Source: Aurantibacter sp.
GTDB taxonomy: Bacteria > Bacteroidota > Bacteroidia > Flavobacteriales > Flavobacteriaceae
Assembly: GCF_042094015.1 (NCBI RefSeq)
Contig: NZ_JBELDZ010000001.1
Coordinates: forward strand, 44,091 to 108,090
DNA: 64,000 nucleotides
Direction of reading: 5' to 3'
This document shows, in pieces, positions 27,494 to 36,817 of this stretch (position 1 is the stretch's first letter; each line of letters begins with the position of its first letter). The notes under the pieces were generated by a model, which made no database searches, was not told the origin of the DNA, and saw only the letters and a list, made by a program, of their open reading frames with translations. The position numbers and the translations under genes were made by a program.

Positions 27494-28405
27494 ATGAAAA
27501 AACTACAATTAGTTATCATTTTATTATTGGCAGGATTGGCAGTGCAAGCACAACAAGATCCGCAATACACGCAATATATGTATAATATGAATATTGTAAA
27601 TCCCGCTTATGCTGGATCTACAGGAACCACTTCTATTGGAGCATTATACAGAAGTCAATGGGTCGGTTTAGAAGGTGCGCCAAGTACAGGTACATTATCT
27701 ATACATTCTCCAGTAGGAGAACGCGTAGGTTTGGGGTTATCATTTATTAGTGATGAAATAGGACCGGTAGAAGAAACTAACGCATATATAGATTTCTCAT
27801 ACACAATACCAACAAGCGAATCAACAAAACTAGCTTTTGGATTAAAAGCAGGAGCTACATTTCATAAAATAGGCTTGCAAGGTTTAGATGTTGTAGACTC
27901 TGGTGATGTTTTTTTCTCACAAAATGTAGATGAAGTTACACCAAACATTGGAGCAGGAGTTTATTTTTATAAGCCAAACAAGTACTATATTTCAGCCTCA
28001 ATACCTAATATTTTAAACTCAGTGCATTTAGATGCAAACGGAACTAAAATAGGAAGTGAAACTAATCATTTATTTGGTGCAGCAGGATATGTTTTTGACT
28101 TGTCAGAAAACTTTAAATTAAAGCCGCATACAATGGCTAAATTTGCGTTTGATGCGCCATTAAGTTTTGATGTGAATTTGAATTTATTTATGTATGATCT
28201 AGTAGAAGTTGGTGCAGGATATAGACTAGATGATTCTTTTAGTGGAATGATTAATTTTATGGTGTCACCAAGTTTAAGAATAGGATACGCTTATGATGCA
28301 ATTCAATCCGATTTAAACATTGTAACGAGTTCATCTCACGAGATATTTATCAATTTTGATATTAATATCCCAAGTAAAGTTTCACGTTCACCACGTTATT
28401 TTTAA
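27494..28405 (+). CDS. PorP/SprF-family T9SS outer-membrane protein
   Basis: Hallmark N-terminus AQQDPQYTQYMYNMNIVNPAYAG, ~300 aa beta-barrel, immediately downstream of a type-B CTD gene. Confidence 0.9.
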   Translation: MKKLQLVIILLLAGLAVQAQQDPQYTQYMYNMNIVNPAYAGSTGTTSIGALYRSQWVGLEGAPSTGTLSIHSPVGERVGLGLSFISDEIGPVEETNAYIDFSYTIPTSESTKLAFGLKAGATFHKIGLQGLDVVDSGDVFFSQNVDEVTPNIGAGVYFYKPNKYYISASIPNILNSVHLDANGTKIGSETNHLFGAAGYVFDLSENFKLKPHTMAKFAFDAPLSFDVNLNLFMYDLVEVGAGYRLDDSFSGMINFMVSPSLRIGYAYDAIQSDLNIVTSSSHEIFINFDINIPSKVSRSPRYF

Positions 28406-28447
28406 TTAACAAAAAGTAACAAAGTATAAATCTAAAGAAAACATCAG

Positions 28448-30331
28448 ATGAAGAATATAAAAATCACCATCATAGCTTTATTGTTAGTTGGTTTTAGCGG
28501 AATAGCACAAAACAAAAACACAGAAAAAGCAGATAATTTATTTAAGAAGTTACAGTATGTAGATGCAATAAGCGCCTACAATAAGCTAGTTGAAAAAGGA
28601 GAAGCAGACACTTATGTATACGGAAGGTTAGCTGAAGCTAATTTTAATGTTTACAATACGGAAGAAGCAGAACGTTGGTATTCAAAAGCATTAACAGATA
28701 GTAATGATTCAGAGATGATTTATAATTATGCTCAAATGCTAAAAGCAAACGGAAAACAAGACGCTTCTAACGCACAAATGCAAAAGTTCGCAGATATAAG
28801 TCCAAAAGACGATAGAGCAATAGCGTTTAAGGAAAATAACGATTATTTACCTAAGTTATTAAAAGCAAAGCCACAATACGATTTAGAAAGCGCATCTTTT
28901 AATTCTGAATTTTCAGATTTTGGAGGAACAGTAAATAACGAGATGTTATACTTTGCATCAGCAAGAAATACATCTAGAAAAACTTACAAAAGAACAGAAG
29001 AGTCTTTTTTAGATGTATACCAAGTTTCAACAACTGGTGAAGGTGAAGCCGGAACAGTAAATGGAGCTGTAAACACAAAACACCATGAAGGATTAGTAAC
29101 ATTTAGTCCAGATGGAGAAACAATGTATTTTTCAAGAGAAAGCTTTTATGAAGGTGAGTCAGAGAAATTAGAAGGCGATAAAACAAAATTTAGTGTTCAC
29201 TATTTATATAAAGTTACAAAAAACGGAGATAGCTGGAATAAAGCCGAAGAATTACCATTTAATAACAACACATACTCTTTAAGAGATCCAAGTTTAAGTT
29301 CAGATGGTACGATCTTATATTTTGCGTCTAATATGCCAAACGGATTTGGAATGTATGATTTATATAAAATAAGTGTAAATACAGACGGAACTTTTGGAGA
29401 ACCAGAAAATTTAGGAGAAAAAGTAAATACAGCAGGAAATGAAGGTTTCCCATATATGAGTTCTAATAATACACTCTATTTTTCATCTACAGGACATTTA
29501 GGATTAGGTGGATTAGATGTATTCGAATTTAAAGATGGCGCAATTAAAAATTTAGGTCAACCTATAAATTCTGTAGCAGATGATTTAGCATTTACTATAA
29601 ATGAAGAATCTGAGGAAGGTTTTGTATCATCTAATCGTGAAGGAGGAAAAGGAAACGACGATATTTATAAAATAGCACGTATTAAACCTTGTTATACAGA
29701 GGTATTTGCAACTGTTGTAGATAAAGAAACTAATAATCCTATATCAGGAGCAGATATTGTAATAACAGATGCAGAAGGAAATGTAGTATTAAAAGAAACT
29801 ACTAAAGAAGATGGAACAGTTACTTACAAAACATTCTGTGAAACTGATTTAACTTTGTCAGCAGCAAAAACAGATTACGAAAGTAATACTATGTCTTATG
29901 TAACAACAAAAGAATCTGAAGATAAAGTACAAGTTACATTACAACCAATAGAGAAGTTAATTATTGAAGACGAAGTGGTTTTAAATCCTATTTTATTCGA
30001 TTTTGATAAATCTAACATACATGAACAAGCTGCATTTGAATTAGATAAATTAGTTGCAATTATGACTAAATACCCTGATATGGTTATTTTTGCAAAATCT
30101 CATACGGATTACAAAGGTAAAGATGCTTATAACATGAAGTTGTCTGAACGTAGAGCACAGAGTACTGTTCAATATGTAATATCTAAAGGAATTGCTAAAG
30201 AACGTATTACAGGACAAGGATTTGGAGAAACAGAACCAAAGGTTGACTGCGGTAGAAAATGTACAGATGAAGAACGACAAACTAATCGTCGTTCAGAATT
30301 TAAGATAGTAAGTGGCGGACCTCAAAAATAA
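28448..30331 (+). CDS. OmpA-family protein with TPR-like, TolB-like propeller and carboxypeptidase-regulatory domains
   Basis: PD40-like repeats (LYFASARN, MYFSRES, LYFASNMPNGFGMYDLY, LYFSSTGHLGLGGLDVF). OmpA C-domain (ILFDFDKSNI...SHTDYKG...NMKLSERRAQSTVQYV...GFGETEP...NRRSEFKIV). Confidence 0.9.
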   Translation: MKNIKITIIALLLVGFSGIAQNKNTEKADNLFKKLQYVDAISAYNKLVEKGEADTYVYGRLAEANFNVYNTEEAERWYSKALTDSNDSEMIYNYAQMLKANGKQDASNAQMQKFADISPKDDRAIAFKENNDYLPKLLKAKPQYDLESASFNSEFSDFGGTVNNEMLYFASARNTSRKTYKRTEESFLDVYQVSTTGEGEAGTVNGAVNTKHHEGLVTFSPDGETMYFSRESFYEGESEKLEGDKTKFSVHYLYKVTKNGDSWNKAEELPFNNNTYSLRDPSLSSDGTILYFASNMPNGFGMYDLYKISVNTDGTFGEPENLGEKVNTAGNEGFPYMSSNNTLYFSSTGHLGLGGLDVFEFKDGAIKNLGQPINSVADDLAFTINEESEEGFVSSNREGGKGNDDIYKIARIKPCYTEVFATVVDKETNNPISGADIVITDAEGNVVLKETTKEDGTVTYKTFCETDLTLSAAKTDYESNTMSYVTTKESEDKVQVTLQPIEKLIIEDEVVLNPILFDFDKSNIHEQAAFELDKLVAIMTKYPDMVIFAKSHTDYKGKDAYNMKLSERRAQSTVQYVISKGIAKERITGQGFGETEPKVDCGRKCTDEERQTNRRSEFKIVSGGPQK

Positions 30332-30346
30332 GTACTTCCTATATAA

Positions 30347-30387
30347 AACAAAAAAAGCTCAAAACATCTGTTTTGGGCTTTTTTTGT
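30347..30387. terminator. Bidirectional rho-independent terminator between convergent genes
   Basis: Stem agctcaaaaca (30356-30366) / tgttttgggct (30369-30379), flanked by an A-run upstream and a T-run downstream. Confidence 0.75.
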
Positions 30388-30438
30388 TTAGTAAATAGAT
30401 CGGTAAAATTAAATATAAAAGTAAAATTTTAGAGATTT

Positions 30439-32565
30439 CTACTTTTCCAGTTTTAATTGAATACGTTTACGAGTTACATCTACTTCTAAAACATTAACTA
30501 TAATTTGCTGATGTAAACTAACGTGTTCATTCACATCTTTTACAAAACTATCCGATAAATTTGATACGTGAATTAAGCCGCTTTCTTTAATTCCAATATC
30601 TACAAAACAACCAAAAGCGGTTATATTATTAACAATTCCTGGTAATAATTGACCAGAAGATACATCGTTTATAGTTTTAATATTCTGATTAAAAGTGAAG
30701 ACTTTAGCTTGTTCTCTAATATCTAATCCAGGTTTTTTTAATTCCGAAATAATATCTTCTAAAGTTAAAATACCAACATCTTCTGAGATGTAATTTTTTA
30801 GAATAATTTTATCTAAAGCTTCCGGATTTCCAATTAATTCTTCAATTGATATTTTGACATCTTTTGCCATTTGCTTTATTAAAGCATAACGTTCTGGATG
30901 AACAGATGAATCGTCTAAAGGATTTTTGGCTTTTTTAATTCGTAAAAAACCAGCGCTTTGCTCGAATGCTTTTCTGCCTAAACGAGCTACTTTTTTTATG
31001 TCTGCCCTACTTTTAAATCCGCCAATTTCTGTTCTGTAATTGCAAATGTTCTCAGCTAATTTTGGCCCAATTCCAGACACGTAACTTAATAGACTTTTAC
31101 TTGCGGTATTAATATTTACACCAACAGAATTTACACAATTTTCAACGACTAAGTCTAATTGTCTCTGTAGTTTGTTTTGGTCTACATCATGTTGGTATTG
31201 TCCAACACCAATAGATTTAGCATCTATTTTAACCAATTCTGCTAATGGATCTTGTAAACGTCTTCCAATAGAAACAGATCCACGAACTGTTACATCGTAA
31301 TCTGGAAATTCTTCTCGAGCAGTTTTACTTGCTGAATAAATACTTGCGCCAGCTTCGCTAACTACAAAAACTTGTATGTCGTTTTTAAAATGTATTTTTT
31401 TAATTAATGCTTCGGTTTCTCTAGAAGCAGTTCCATTTCCAATAGCTATAGCATCTATTTTATAAGCTTCTGCAAGATTACTTATTTTTTTTATTGCACT
31501 AATACTATCATTTTGTGGTGCGTGCGGATAAATAGTTTCGTTGTGTTTTAGATCGCCTTTTTCGTCTAAACAAACCAATTTACAACCGCTTTTAAATCCA
31601 GGATCTAAAGCTAATACACGTTTTTCTCCTAAAGGCGATCCTAATAGTAATTGCTTTAGGTTTTTAGCAAAAATGCTAATAGCAGCTTCATCTGCTTTGT
31701 CTTTAGAATTCTGTAACGCTTCATTACTTAAAGACGGAAATAATAAACGCTTAAAAGCATCTTTAATAGCTAGTTCTATTTGTTCTGCACAAGCATTATT
31801 AGATTTTATGATGCGTTGTTCAATTTTACTTAAAGCAAAGTCTTTGTCAACTTCAATTTTCAATTTTATAAATCCTTCATTTTCGGCTCTTAAAATGGCT
31901 AATAATCTATGCGATGGAATACGTTGTAAAGATTCAGACCAATCAAAATAGTTGCGAAATTTCTGTGCAGAATCTTCCTCTTTTTTAGATTTAACCACTT
32001 TGGTAACAATTTGCGCATGCCTTTCTATTTGTCCACGTAAGCCATTTCTAATGTCTGTACGTTCGTTAATCCATTCAGTAATAATATGTCTTGCGCCTTC
32101 TAAAGCATCTTCTAGAGAATTTACATTGTCTTTAACGTATTTGTAAGCAATGCTTTCAATATTGTTAGCGTTTTGGCTCATTATAATTTTAGCCAAAGGT
32201 TCTAATCCTTTTTTTCGAGCGGTTTCTGCTTTTGTTTTTCTGCTTTTTTTATAGGGTAAATAAAAATCTTCAAGTGTTGTAATGTCTTTACAATCTTCAA
32301 CTTTATTACTAAGTTCTATTGTTAAAACTTCTTGTTCTTGTAACGCTTTTAATATGGCTTTTTTTCTTTTTTGTAAGGCTTCAAATAGGTCTTTGTATTT
32401 AACAATATCACCAATTTCAACTTCATCTAAATTACCTGTAGTTTCTTTTCTATATCTAGATATAAACGGAATAGTGCAATCTTCGTTTAATAATTTAATA
32501 GTGTTTTTTACTGAAGATTCCGAAATCTGTGTTTGCGATATAATGTATTGTAATTCTTGCTGCAT
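30439..32565 (-). CDS. tex: Tex-like RNA-binding transcription accessory protein (YqgF/HhH/S1 domains)
   Basis: N-terminus TIPFISRYRKETTGNLDEV. YqgF-like LALDPGFKSGCKLV. C-terminal S1 domain GIVNNITAFGCFVDIG...GLIHVS. Confidence 0.9.
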   Translation of the reverse strand: MQQELQYIISQTQISESSVKNTIKLLNEDCTIPFISRYRKETTGNLDEVEIGDIVKYKDLFEALQKRKKAILKALQEQEVLTIELSNKVEDCKDITTLEDFYLPYKKSRKTKAETARKKGLEPLAKIIMSQNANNIESIAYKYVKDNVNSLEDALEGARHIITEWINERTDIRNGLRGQIERHAQIVTKVVKSKKEEDSAQKFRNYFDWSESLQRIPSHRLLAILRAENEGFIKLKIEVDKDFALSKIEQRIIKSNNACAEQIELAIKDAFKRLLFPSLSNEALQNSKDKADEAAISIFAKNLKQLLLGSPLGEKRVLALDPGFKSGCKLVCLDEKGDLKHNETIYPHAPQNDSISAIKKISNLAEAYKIDAIAIGNGTASRETEALIKKIHFKNDIQVFVVSEAGASIYSASKTAREEFPDYDVTVRGSVSIGRRLQDPLAELVKIDAKSIGVGQYQHDVDQNKLQRQLDLVVENCVNSVGVNINTASKSLLSYVSGIGPKLAENICNYRTEIGGFKSRADIKKVARLGRKAFEQSAGFLRIKKAKNPLDDSSVHPERYALIKQMAKDVKISIEELIGNPEALDKIILKNYISEDVGILTLEDIISELKKPGLDIREQAKVFTFNQNIKTINDVSSGQLLPGIVNNITAFGCFVDIGIKESGLIHVSNLSDSFVKDVNEHVSLHQQIIVNVLEVDVTRKRIQLKLEK

Positions 32566-32650
32566 CCTATTTATTTTAAAAAACGAGTAATTTTATAATC
32601 TTTTTTAACGTTATAGTTATCCCTAATCTATGAATTTAAAATAAAGACTT

Positions 32651-33007
32651 ATGAAAATGACCTACTTTGTTTTTTTGCCTTTAATGATTTGTAATATATC
32701 ATTTTCTCAAGAAATATTTGATCAAAATAATTTAAAAAATGATAGTTTAAGTGTTAGTAACTTAAAAGGTAAATCTACTTTATTTAAAAGTTATCCAAAT
32801 CCTGTAGAAACCTATTTGTACGTTATTGGAAATGTGCGTTTACAATCTGTAGAATTTATAAACTCATTTGGAAAAACAACACTTTTTATTAAAGTAAATA
32901 AAGCCATAAACAGATTAGATGTTTCGGAATTAAAAAAAGGAGTGTATTTAATGAAAGTTATTAATGAGACTGATGTAGTAGAAGTGAAGCGAATTGTTAA
33001 ATTGTGA
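32651..33007 (+). CDS. Minimal T9SS substrate: signal peptide, ~28-aa segment and type-A CTD
   Basis: Signal peptide ending ISFSQ, then only about 28 residues before SYPNPVETYLYV...GVYLMKVINE...VKRIVKL, which is type-A CTD-like. Confidence 0.55.
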   Translation: MKMTYFVFLPLMICNISFSQEIFDQNNLKNDSLSVSNLKGKSTLFKSYPNPVETYLYVIGNVRLQSVEFINSFGKTTLFIKVNKAINRLDVSELKKGVYLMKVINETDVVEVKRIVKL

Positions 33008-33021
33008 TGTAGTTTTAAAAT

Positions 33022-33053
33022 AAAAAGACCTTAAAATTAATTAAGGTCTTTGA
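33022..33053. terminator. Bidirectional rho-independent terminator
   Basis: Stem aaagaccttaa (33024-33034) / ttaaggtcttt (33041-33051). On the minus strand a U-run follows, which serves metG. Confidence 0.7.
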
Positions 33054-33073
33054 GTATAGTGTTTTTTAATTTT

Positions 33074-35140
33074 CTAACTAATAGGTAATCCATTCATAAC
33101 ACCAGTTTTATCTGGGTTAACAAAAACTAAATCGCCTTCTGCGTTTTCGGTCATTAAAATCATTCCTTCACTTTCTACGCCACGTAAAGCTCTTGGCGCT
33201 AAGTTGACTAAAACAGTAACTTGTTTTCCAATAATGTCTTCTGGTTTAAAACTTTCTGCTATTCCGGAAACTATGGTTCTAATGTCGATTCCTGTATCTA
33301 CTTTTAAAACTAATAATTTTTTAGCTTTTGGCATTTTTTCGGCTTCAATAATAGTTCCAACACGTAAGTCTAATTTTGTAAAATCATCAAAAGCAATCGT
33401 CTCTTTTTGAGGTTCTGCTTTTTTGTTAGCTGCTTCGTTAGCTTTTTTACTAGCTTCTAATTTATTTAATTGTAGTTGAATTTGCTCGTCTTCAATTTTA
33501 GCAAATAATAACTCACCTTTTCCAATAGTATGATTAGCTGGCAATAATACATCTTGAGTTAAAATTTCATTCCAAGTTATTTCTTTATCAAGTGTTGAGT
33601 GACAAAGAATGTTTTTTAATTTAGTAGAAGTAAACGGTAAAAATGGCTCACAAAGTGTTGCTAAACCAGATGCTATTTGTAAAGCAACAAACATGATAGT
33701 TTTTGTTCTTTCTTCGTCTACTTTAATTAATTTCCAAGGTTCTTCGTCTGCTAAATACTTGTTTCCAAGTCTAGCAACATTCATTAACTCTTTACTTGCT
33801 TCTCTAAAACGGTAACGTTCTAAAGAGCTTTCTATAACAGATGGATATGCTTTTAAAGTGTTTAATGTTTCTGTGTCTATATCAGAAAATTCATTTGGTT
33901 CAGGAACAACACCATTATAATATTTATTAGTTAAAACAACCACACGATTAATAAAATTCCCAAAAATGGCTACTAATTCGTTGTTGTTTCTTGCCTGGAA
34001 ATCTTTCCAAGTAAAATCATTATCCTTACTTTCTGGAGCGTTTGCGGTTAATGTATAACGTAAAACATCTTGCTGGTTTGGAAAATCCTGTAAATAATCT
34101 GGTAGCCAAACAGCCCAATTTTTAGAGGTCGATAGTTTCTGACCTTCAAGATTTAAAAACTCATTTGCAGGTACATTATCTGGTAAGATATAAGAACCTT
34201 CTGCTTTTAACATAGCAGGAAAAATAATACAGTGAAACACAATATTGTCTTTTCCAATAAAGTGAACCAATTTAGTGTCGTCTTTTTTCCAGTAGTCTTC
34301 CCAGTTTTTGCCTTCTTGTTTTGCCCATTCTTTGGTTGCAGAGATGTAGCCAATTGGCGCATCAAACCAAACGTAAAGTACTTTTCCTTCGCCGCCAGGA
34401 ACTGGTACAGGAATTCCCCAATCTAAATCTCTAGTTACAGCTCTAGGACGTAATCCATCGTCTATCCAAGATTTACATTGACCGTAAACATTAGGTTTCC
34501 AATCTTTTTTATGATCTTTTAAAATCCATTCTTTTAAAAACGCTTCATGCTTATCTAAAGGTAAAAACCAGTGTTTTGTTTCTTTTAAACTTGGTACGTT
34601 TCCAGTTATTGCCGATTTAGGATTAATTAAATCTGTAGCATTATGGCTTGTTCCACATTTTTCACATTGGTCGCCATAACTTTCCTCGTTACCACATTTT
34701 GGACATGTTCCAATAATAAAACGATCTGCTAAAAACTGATTAGCTTCAGCATCATATAATTGTTCTGTGGTTTCTTCAATAAATTCACCTTTATTGTATA
34801 ATTCGTTGAAAAATTCAGTTGCAGTTTCGTGGTGTATTTTAGAAGATGTACGTGAGTAATTATCTAAAGAAATTCCAAAATCCACAAAAGAATCTTTAAT
34901 GATTTTATGGTATTTATCTACAATGTCTTGAGGCGAAACACCTTCGTTTTTAGCTTTAATTGTAATTGGTACACCATGCTCATCACTACCACAAATAAAA
35001 GCGACATCGTTTCCAGTTAAACGTTTGTAACGTGCATAAATATCTGCAGGTACGTAAACACCAGCTAAATGTCCAATGTGGATTGGTCCGTTTGTGTAAG
35101 GTAATGCGGCTGTAATGGTGTATTTTTTTGGTGTACTCAT
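33074..35140 (-). CDS. metG: Methionine--tRNA ligase with C-terminal tRNA-binding domain
   Basis: HIGH motif in [15 protein letters not shown]. Zn knuckle [23 protein letters not shown] variant KLSTSK. C-terminal Trbp111-like domain ([13 protein letters not shown]...LVLKVD). I chose the start at MSTPKKY (35140); the track's TTG-initiated 27-aa extension looks spurious. Confidence 0.93.
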   Translation of the reverse strand: MSTPKKYTITAALPYTNGPIHIGHLAGVYVPADIYARYKRLTGNDVAFICGSDEHGVPITIKAKNEGVSPQDIVDKYHKIIKDSFVDFGISLDNYSRTSSKIHHETATEFFNELYNKGEFIEETTEQLYDAEANQFLADRFIIGTCPKCGNEESYGDQCEKCGTSHNATDLINPKSAITGNVPSLKETKHWFLPLDKHEAFLKEWILKDHKKDWKPNVYGQCKSWIDDGLRPRAVTRDLDWGIPVPVPGGEGKVLYVWFDAPIGYISATKEWAKQEGKNWEDYWKKDDTKLVHFIGKDNIVFHCIIFPAMLKAEGSYILPDNVPANEFLNLEGQKLSTSKNWAVWLPDYLQDFPNQQDVLRYTLTANAPESKDNDFTWKDFQARNNNELVAIFGNFINRVVVLTNKYYNGVVPEPNEFSDIDTETLNTLKAYPSVIESSLERYRFREASKELMNVARLGNKYLADEEPWKLIKVDEERTKTIMFVALQIASGLATLCEPFLPFTSTKLKNILCHSTLDKEITWNEILTQDVLLPANHTIGKGELLFAKIEDEQIQLQLNKLEASKKANEAANKKAEPQKETIAFDDFTKLDLRVGTIIEAEKMPKAKKLLVLKVDTGIDIRTIVSGIAESFKPEDIIGKQVTVLVNLAPRALRGVESEGMILMTENAEGDLVFVNPDKTGVMNGLPIS

Positions 35141-35329
35141 AATTTTGAAAACTGTGTCAGATCTGCGCAGTCGAGACCTTGATTTTAATCTCTCGAGAAC
35201 TGCGTTTGTATCTTCAATCAAAATATATTTTTGATTTCAATAATGCTCGAGAAGATGAAAAATTATCTATTTAAGCCACAAAAGTAAGCATTTTACTACC
35301 GATTTAGAAAAAAAATGTACATTTACATT

Positions 35330-36346
35330 ATGAGTAAAAAAGCCTTAATTGTAAGTTGTTTGTGCGTGTTTTTTTTCTTCGGAAGTTTCTCTGTAAATGC
35401 ACAGCAATTAGCTAAAAATTTAAATTCTAAAGCATTGATACAACCACCATTTTTAAAAGCAGGCGATACAGTTGCTATTGTTGCTCCAGCAGGAATTCTA
35501 AAAAATAGAACTCAAGAAATTAGAGATGCAGTTAGCTTATTAAAAAAATGGGGACTTAATGCTGTAGTTGGAAAAAATGTATTTAATAATGGTGGACATT
35601 TTGCAGGAACAGATGAAGAACGTTGCGAAGATTTTCAATCTGCTTTAGATAATCCTAATATTAAAGCAATTTGGTCTGCTCGTGGCGGTTATGGTTCTGT
35701 TAGAGTTTTAGATTTGTTAGATTATACACAATTTAAAAATAGTCCAAAATGGATTATTGGTTATTCTGATATTACCGCTTTTCATAATCAAATGAATGTG
35801 TTAGGATTCCAATCTATACACGCAATTATGTGTACAAGTGTTACAGACGAATTAAAAGAGAATCCAGAATCGGTAACAACATTTAAGAAATCCTTATTTG
35901 GCGAAAATTTAAGTTACACTTTAGAATCGTCAAAATATAATAGAATAGGCGAAGTTAAAGGACAATTAGTTGGTGGAAATTTAGCCATTTTAACAAGTAT
36001 GCTAGGTTCTAAAACTAGTTTAGCCACGAAAGGAAAGATTCTTTTTATTGAAGAAATTGGTGAATATGCTTATAGTATTGATCGTATGCTGCAAAGTTTA
36101 AAACGCGCTGGTTATTTTAAAGATTGCGCAGGTTTAATTATTGGCGATATGAGTAAGGTGAAGAAAAACACTACTAAGTTTGGTAAACCAGTACAGCAAA
36201 TTATTTTAGATGTCGTTGCAGATTATAACTTCCCCGTAGCTTTTAATATGAAAGCAGGACACGAACCTGATAATCGTGCTTTAATTTTTGGTGCTGAAAT
36301 TGAATTGAAGGTTAGTAGTTCTGGATCTAAAGTCATTTTTGAATAA
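35330..36346 (+). CDS. LD-carboxypeptidase (peptidase S66 family)
   Basis: S66 motifs IWSARGGYGS, nucleophile GYSDITAF, EEIGEYAYSIDRML, and His in KAGHEPDN. The start is taken at MSKKAL. Confidence 0.8.
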   Translation: MSKKALIVSCLCVFFFFGSFSVNAQQLAKNLNSKALIQPPFLKAGDTVAIVAPAGILKNRTQEIRDAVSLLKKWGLNAVVGKNVFNNGGHFAGTDEERCEDFQSALDNPNIKAIWSARGGYGSVRVLDLLDYTQFKNSPKWIIGYSDITAFHNQMNVLGFQSIHAIMCTSVTDELKENPESVTTFKKSLFGENLSYTLESSKYNRIGEVKGQLVGGNLAILTSMLGSKTSLATKGKILFIEEIGEYAYSIDRMLQSLKRAGYFKDCAGLIIGDMSKVKKNTTKFGKPVQQIILDVVADYNFPVAFNMKAGHEPDNRALIFGAEIELKVSSSGSKVIFE

Positions 36347-36391
36347 TAATTAAAACTCTAGCAGGATAAGATTCCTGCCTGCCCATGAATT

Positions 36392-36751
36392 ATGGCAAAA
36401 CACAACGAATTAGGTAAACAAGGCGAAAAATTAGCAATCGATTTTTTAATTAAAAACGGTTATACTATTAGAGAACGCAATTACCGATTTAATAAAGCTG
36501 AAGTTGATATTATTGCCAGTAAAAAAGAAGTTCTAGCGATTGTAGAGGTTAAAACGCGTTCTACAAATGTATTTGGAAATCCAGAAGATTTTGTAAAACC
36601 AAAACAAATTCAGAATTTAGTTAAAGCTGTTAACGAATATGTTATTGAAAACGACTTAGATCTCGAAGTTAGATTTGATATTATTGCAATAACAAAATCT
36701 AATGTAGGTTTTGACATTGAGCATTTAGAAAATGCTTTTTATCATTTTTAG
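36392..36751 (+). CDS. YraN-family (UPF0102) endonuclease-like protein
   Basis: GKQGEKLAIDFLIKNGYTIRERNYRFNKAEVDIIA...LAIVEVKTRS is the canonical UPF0102 pattern, at 119 aa. Confidence 0.85.
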   Translation: MAKHNELGKQGEKLAIDFLIKNGYTIRERNYRFNKAEVDIIASKKEVLAIVEVKTRSTNVFGNPEDFVKPKQIQNLVKAVNEYVIENDLDLEVRFDIIAITKSNVGFDIEHLENAFYHF

Positions 36752-36764
36752 TTTAGGTTGTTAT

Positions 36765-36801
36765 CAAAAAAAAGAGCCTTAATTGTAAAAATTAAGGCTC
36801 T
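36765..36801 (-). terminator. Rho-independent terminator for the RND operon (also lies after yraN)
   Basis: 12-bp stem agagccttaatt (36773-36784) / aattaaggctct (36790-36801). The A8 run on the plus strand is a U-run on the minus strand. Confidence 0.75.
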
Positions 36802-36817
36802 TGATTATATCTGATAT

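Noticed and set aside
30050-30280. 76-aa minus-strand ORF inside the OmpA-domain region
   Set aside because: It is antisense to the conserved OmpA C-terminal domain and has no support.
31541-32590. Three consecutive plus-strand ORFs (136, 64 and 102 aa) antisense to tex
   Set aside because: An unusually long antisense open stretch drew my attention. However, the products are Ser/Leu/Cys/Phe-rich with no motifs, and the ORFs are broken into different frames. The tex sense frame carries clear YqgF/HhH/S1 signatures. This fits a codon-bias shadow.
33204-34426. Plus-strand ORFs 33204-33410, 33609-33815 and 34232-34426 inside metG
   Set aside because: They are antisense to metG and initiate at TTG, GTG or similar codons with no features.
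35141-35221. 27-aa N-terminal extension of metG from a TTG start ([27 protein letters not shown])
   Set aside because: MetRS normally begins a few residues before the HIGH region. [24 protein letters not shown] from the ATG at 35140 fits that pattern, and the extension overlaps a leader hairpin.
35192-35253. Two copies of ctcgagaa (35192-35199 and 35246-35253) in the metG/ldc intergenic region
   Set aside because: An 8-bp direct repeat is too short to separate from chance, and the first copy is already explained as part of the leader hairpin.
36361-36378. Small hairpin gcagga-taagat-tcctgc between the LD-carboxypeptidase and yraN genes
   Set aside because: It has only a 6-bp stem and no U-run, so it is not convincing as a terminator or regulatory element.
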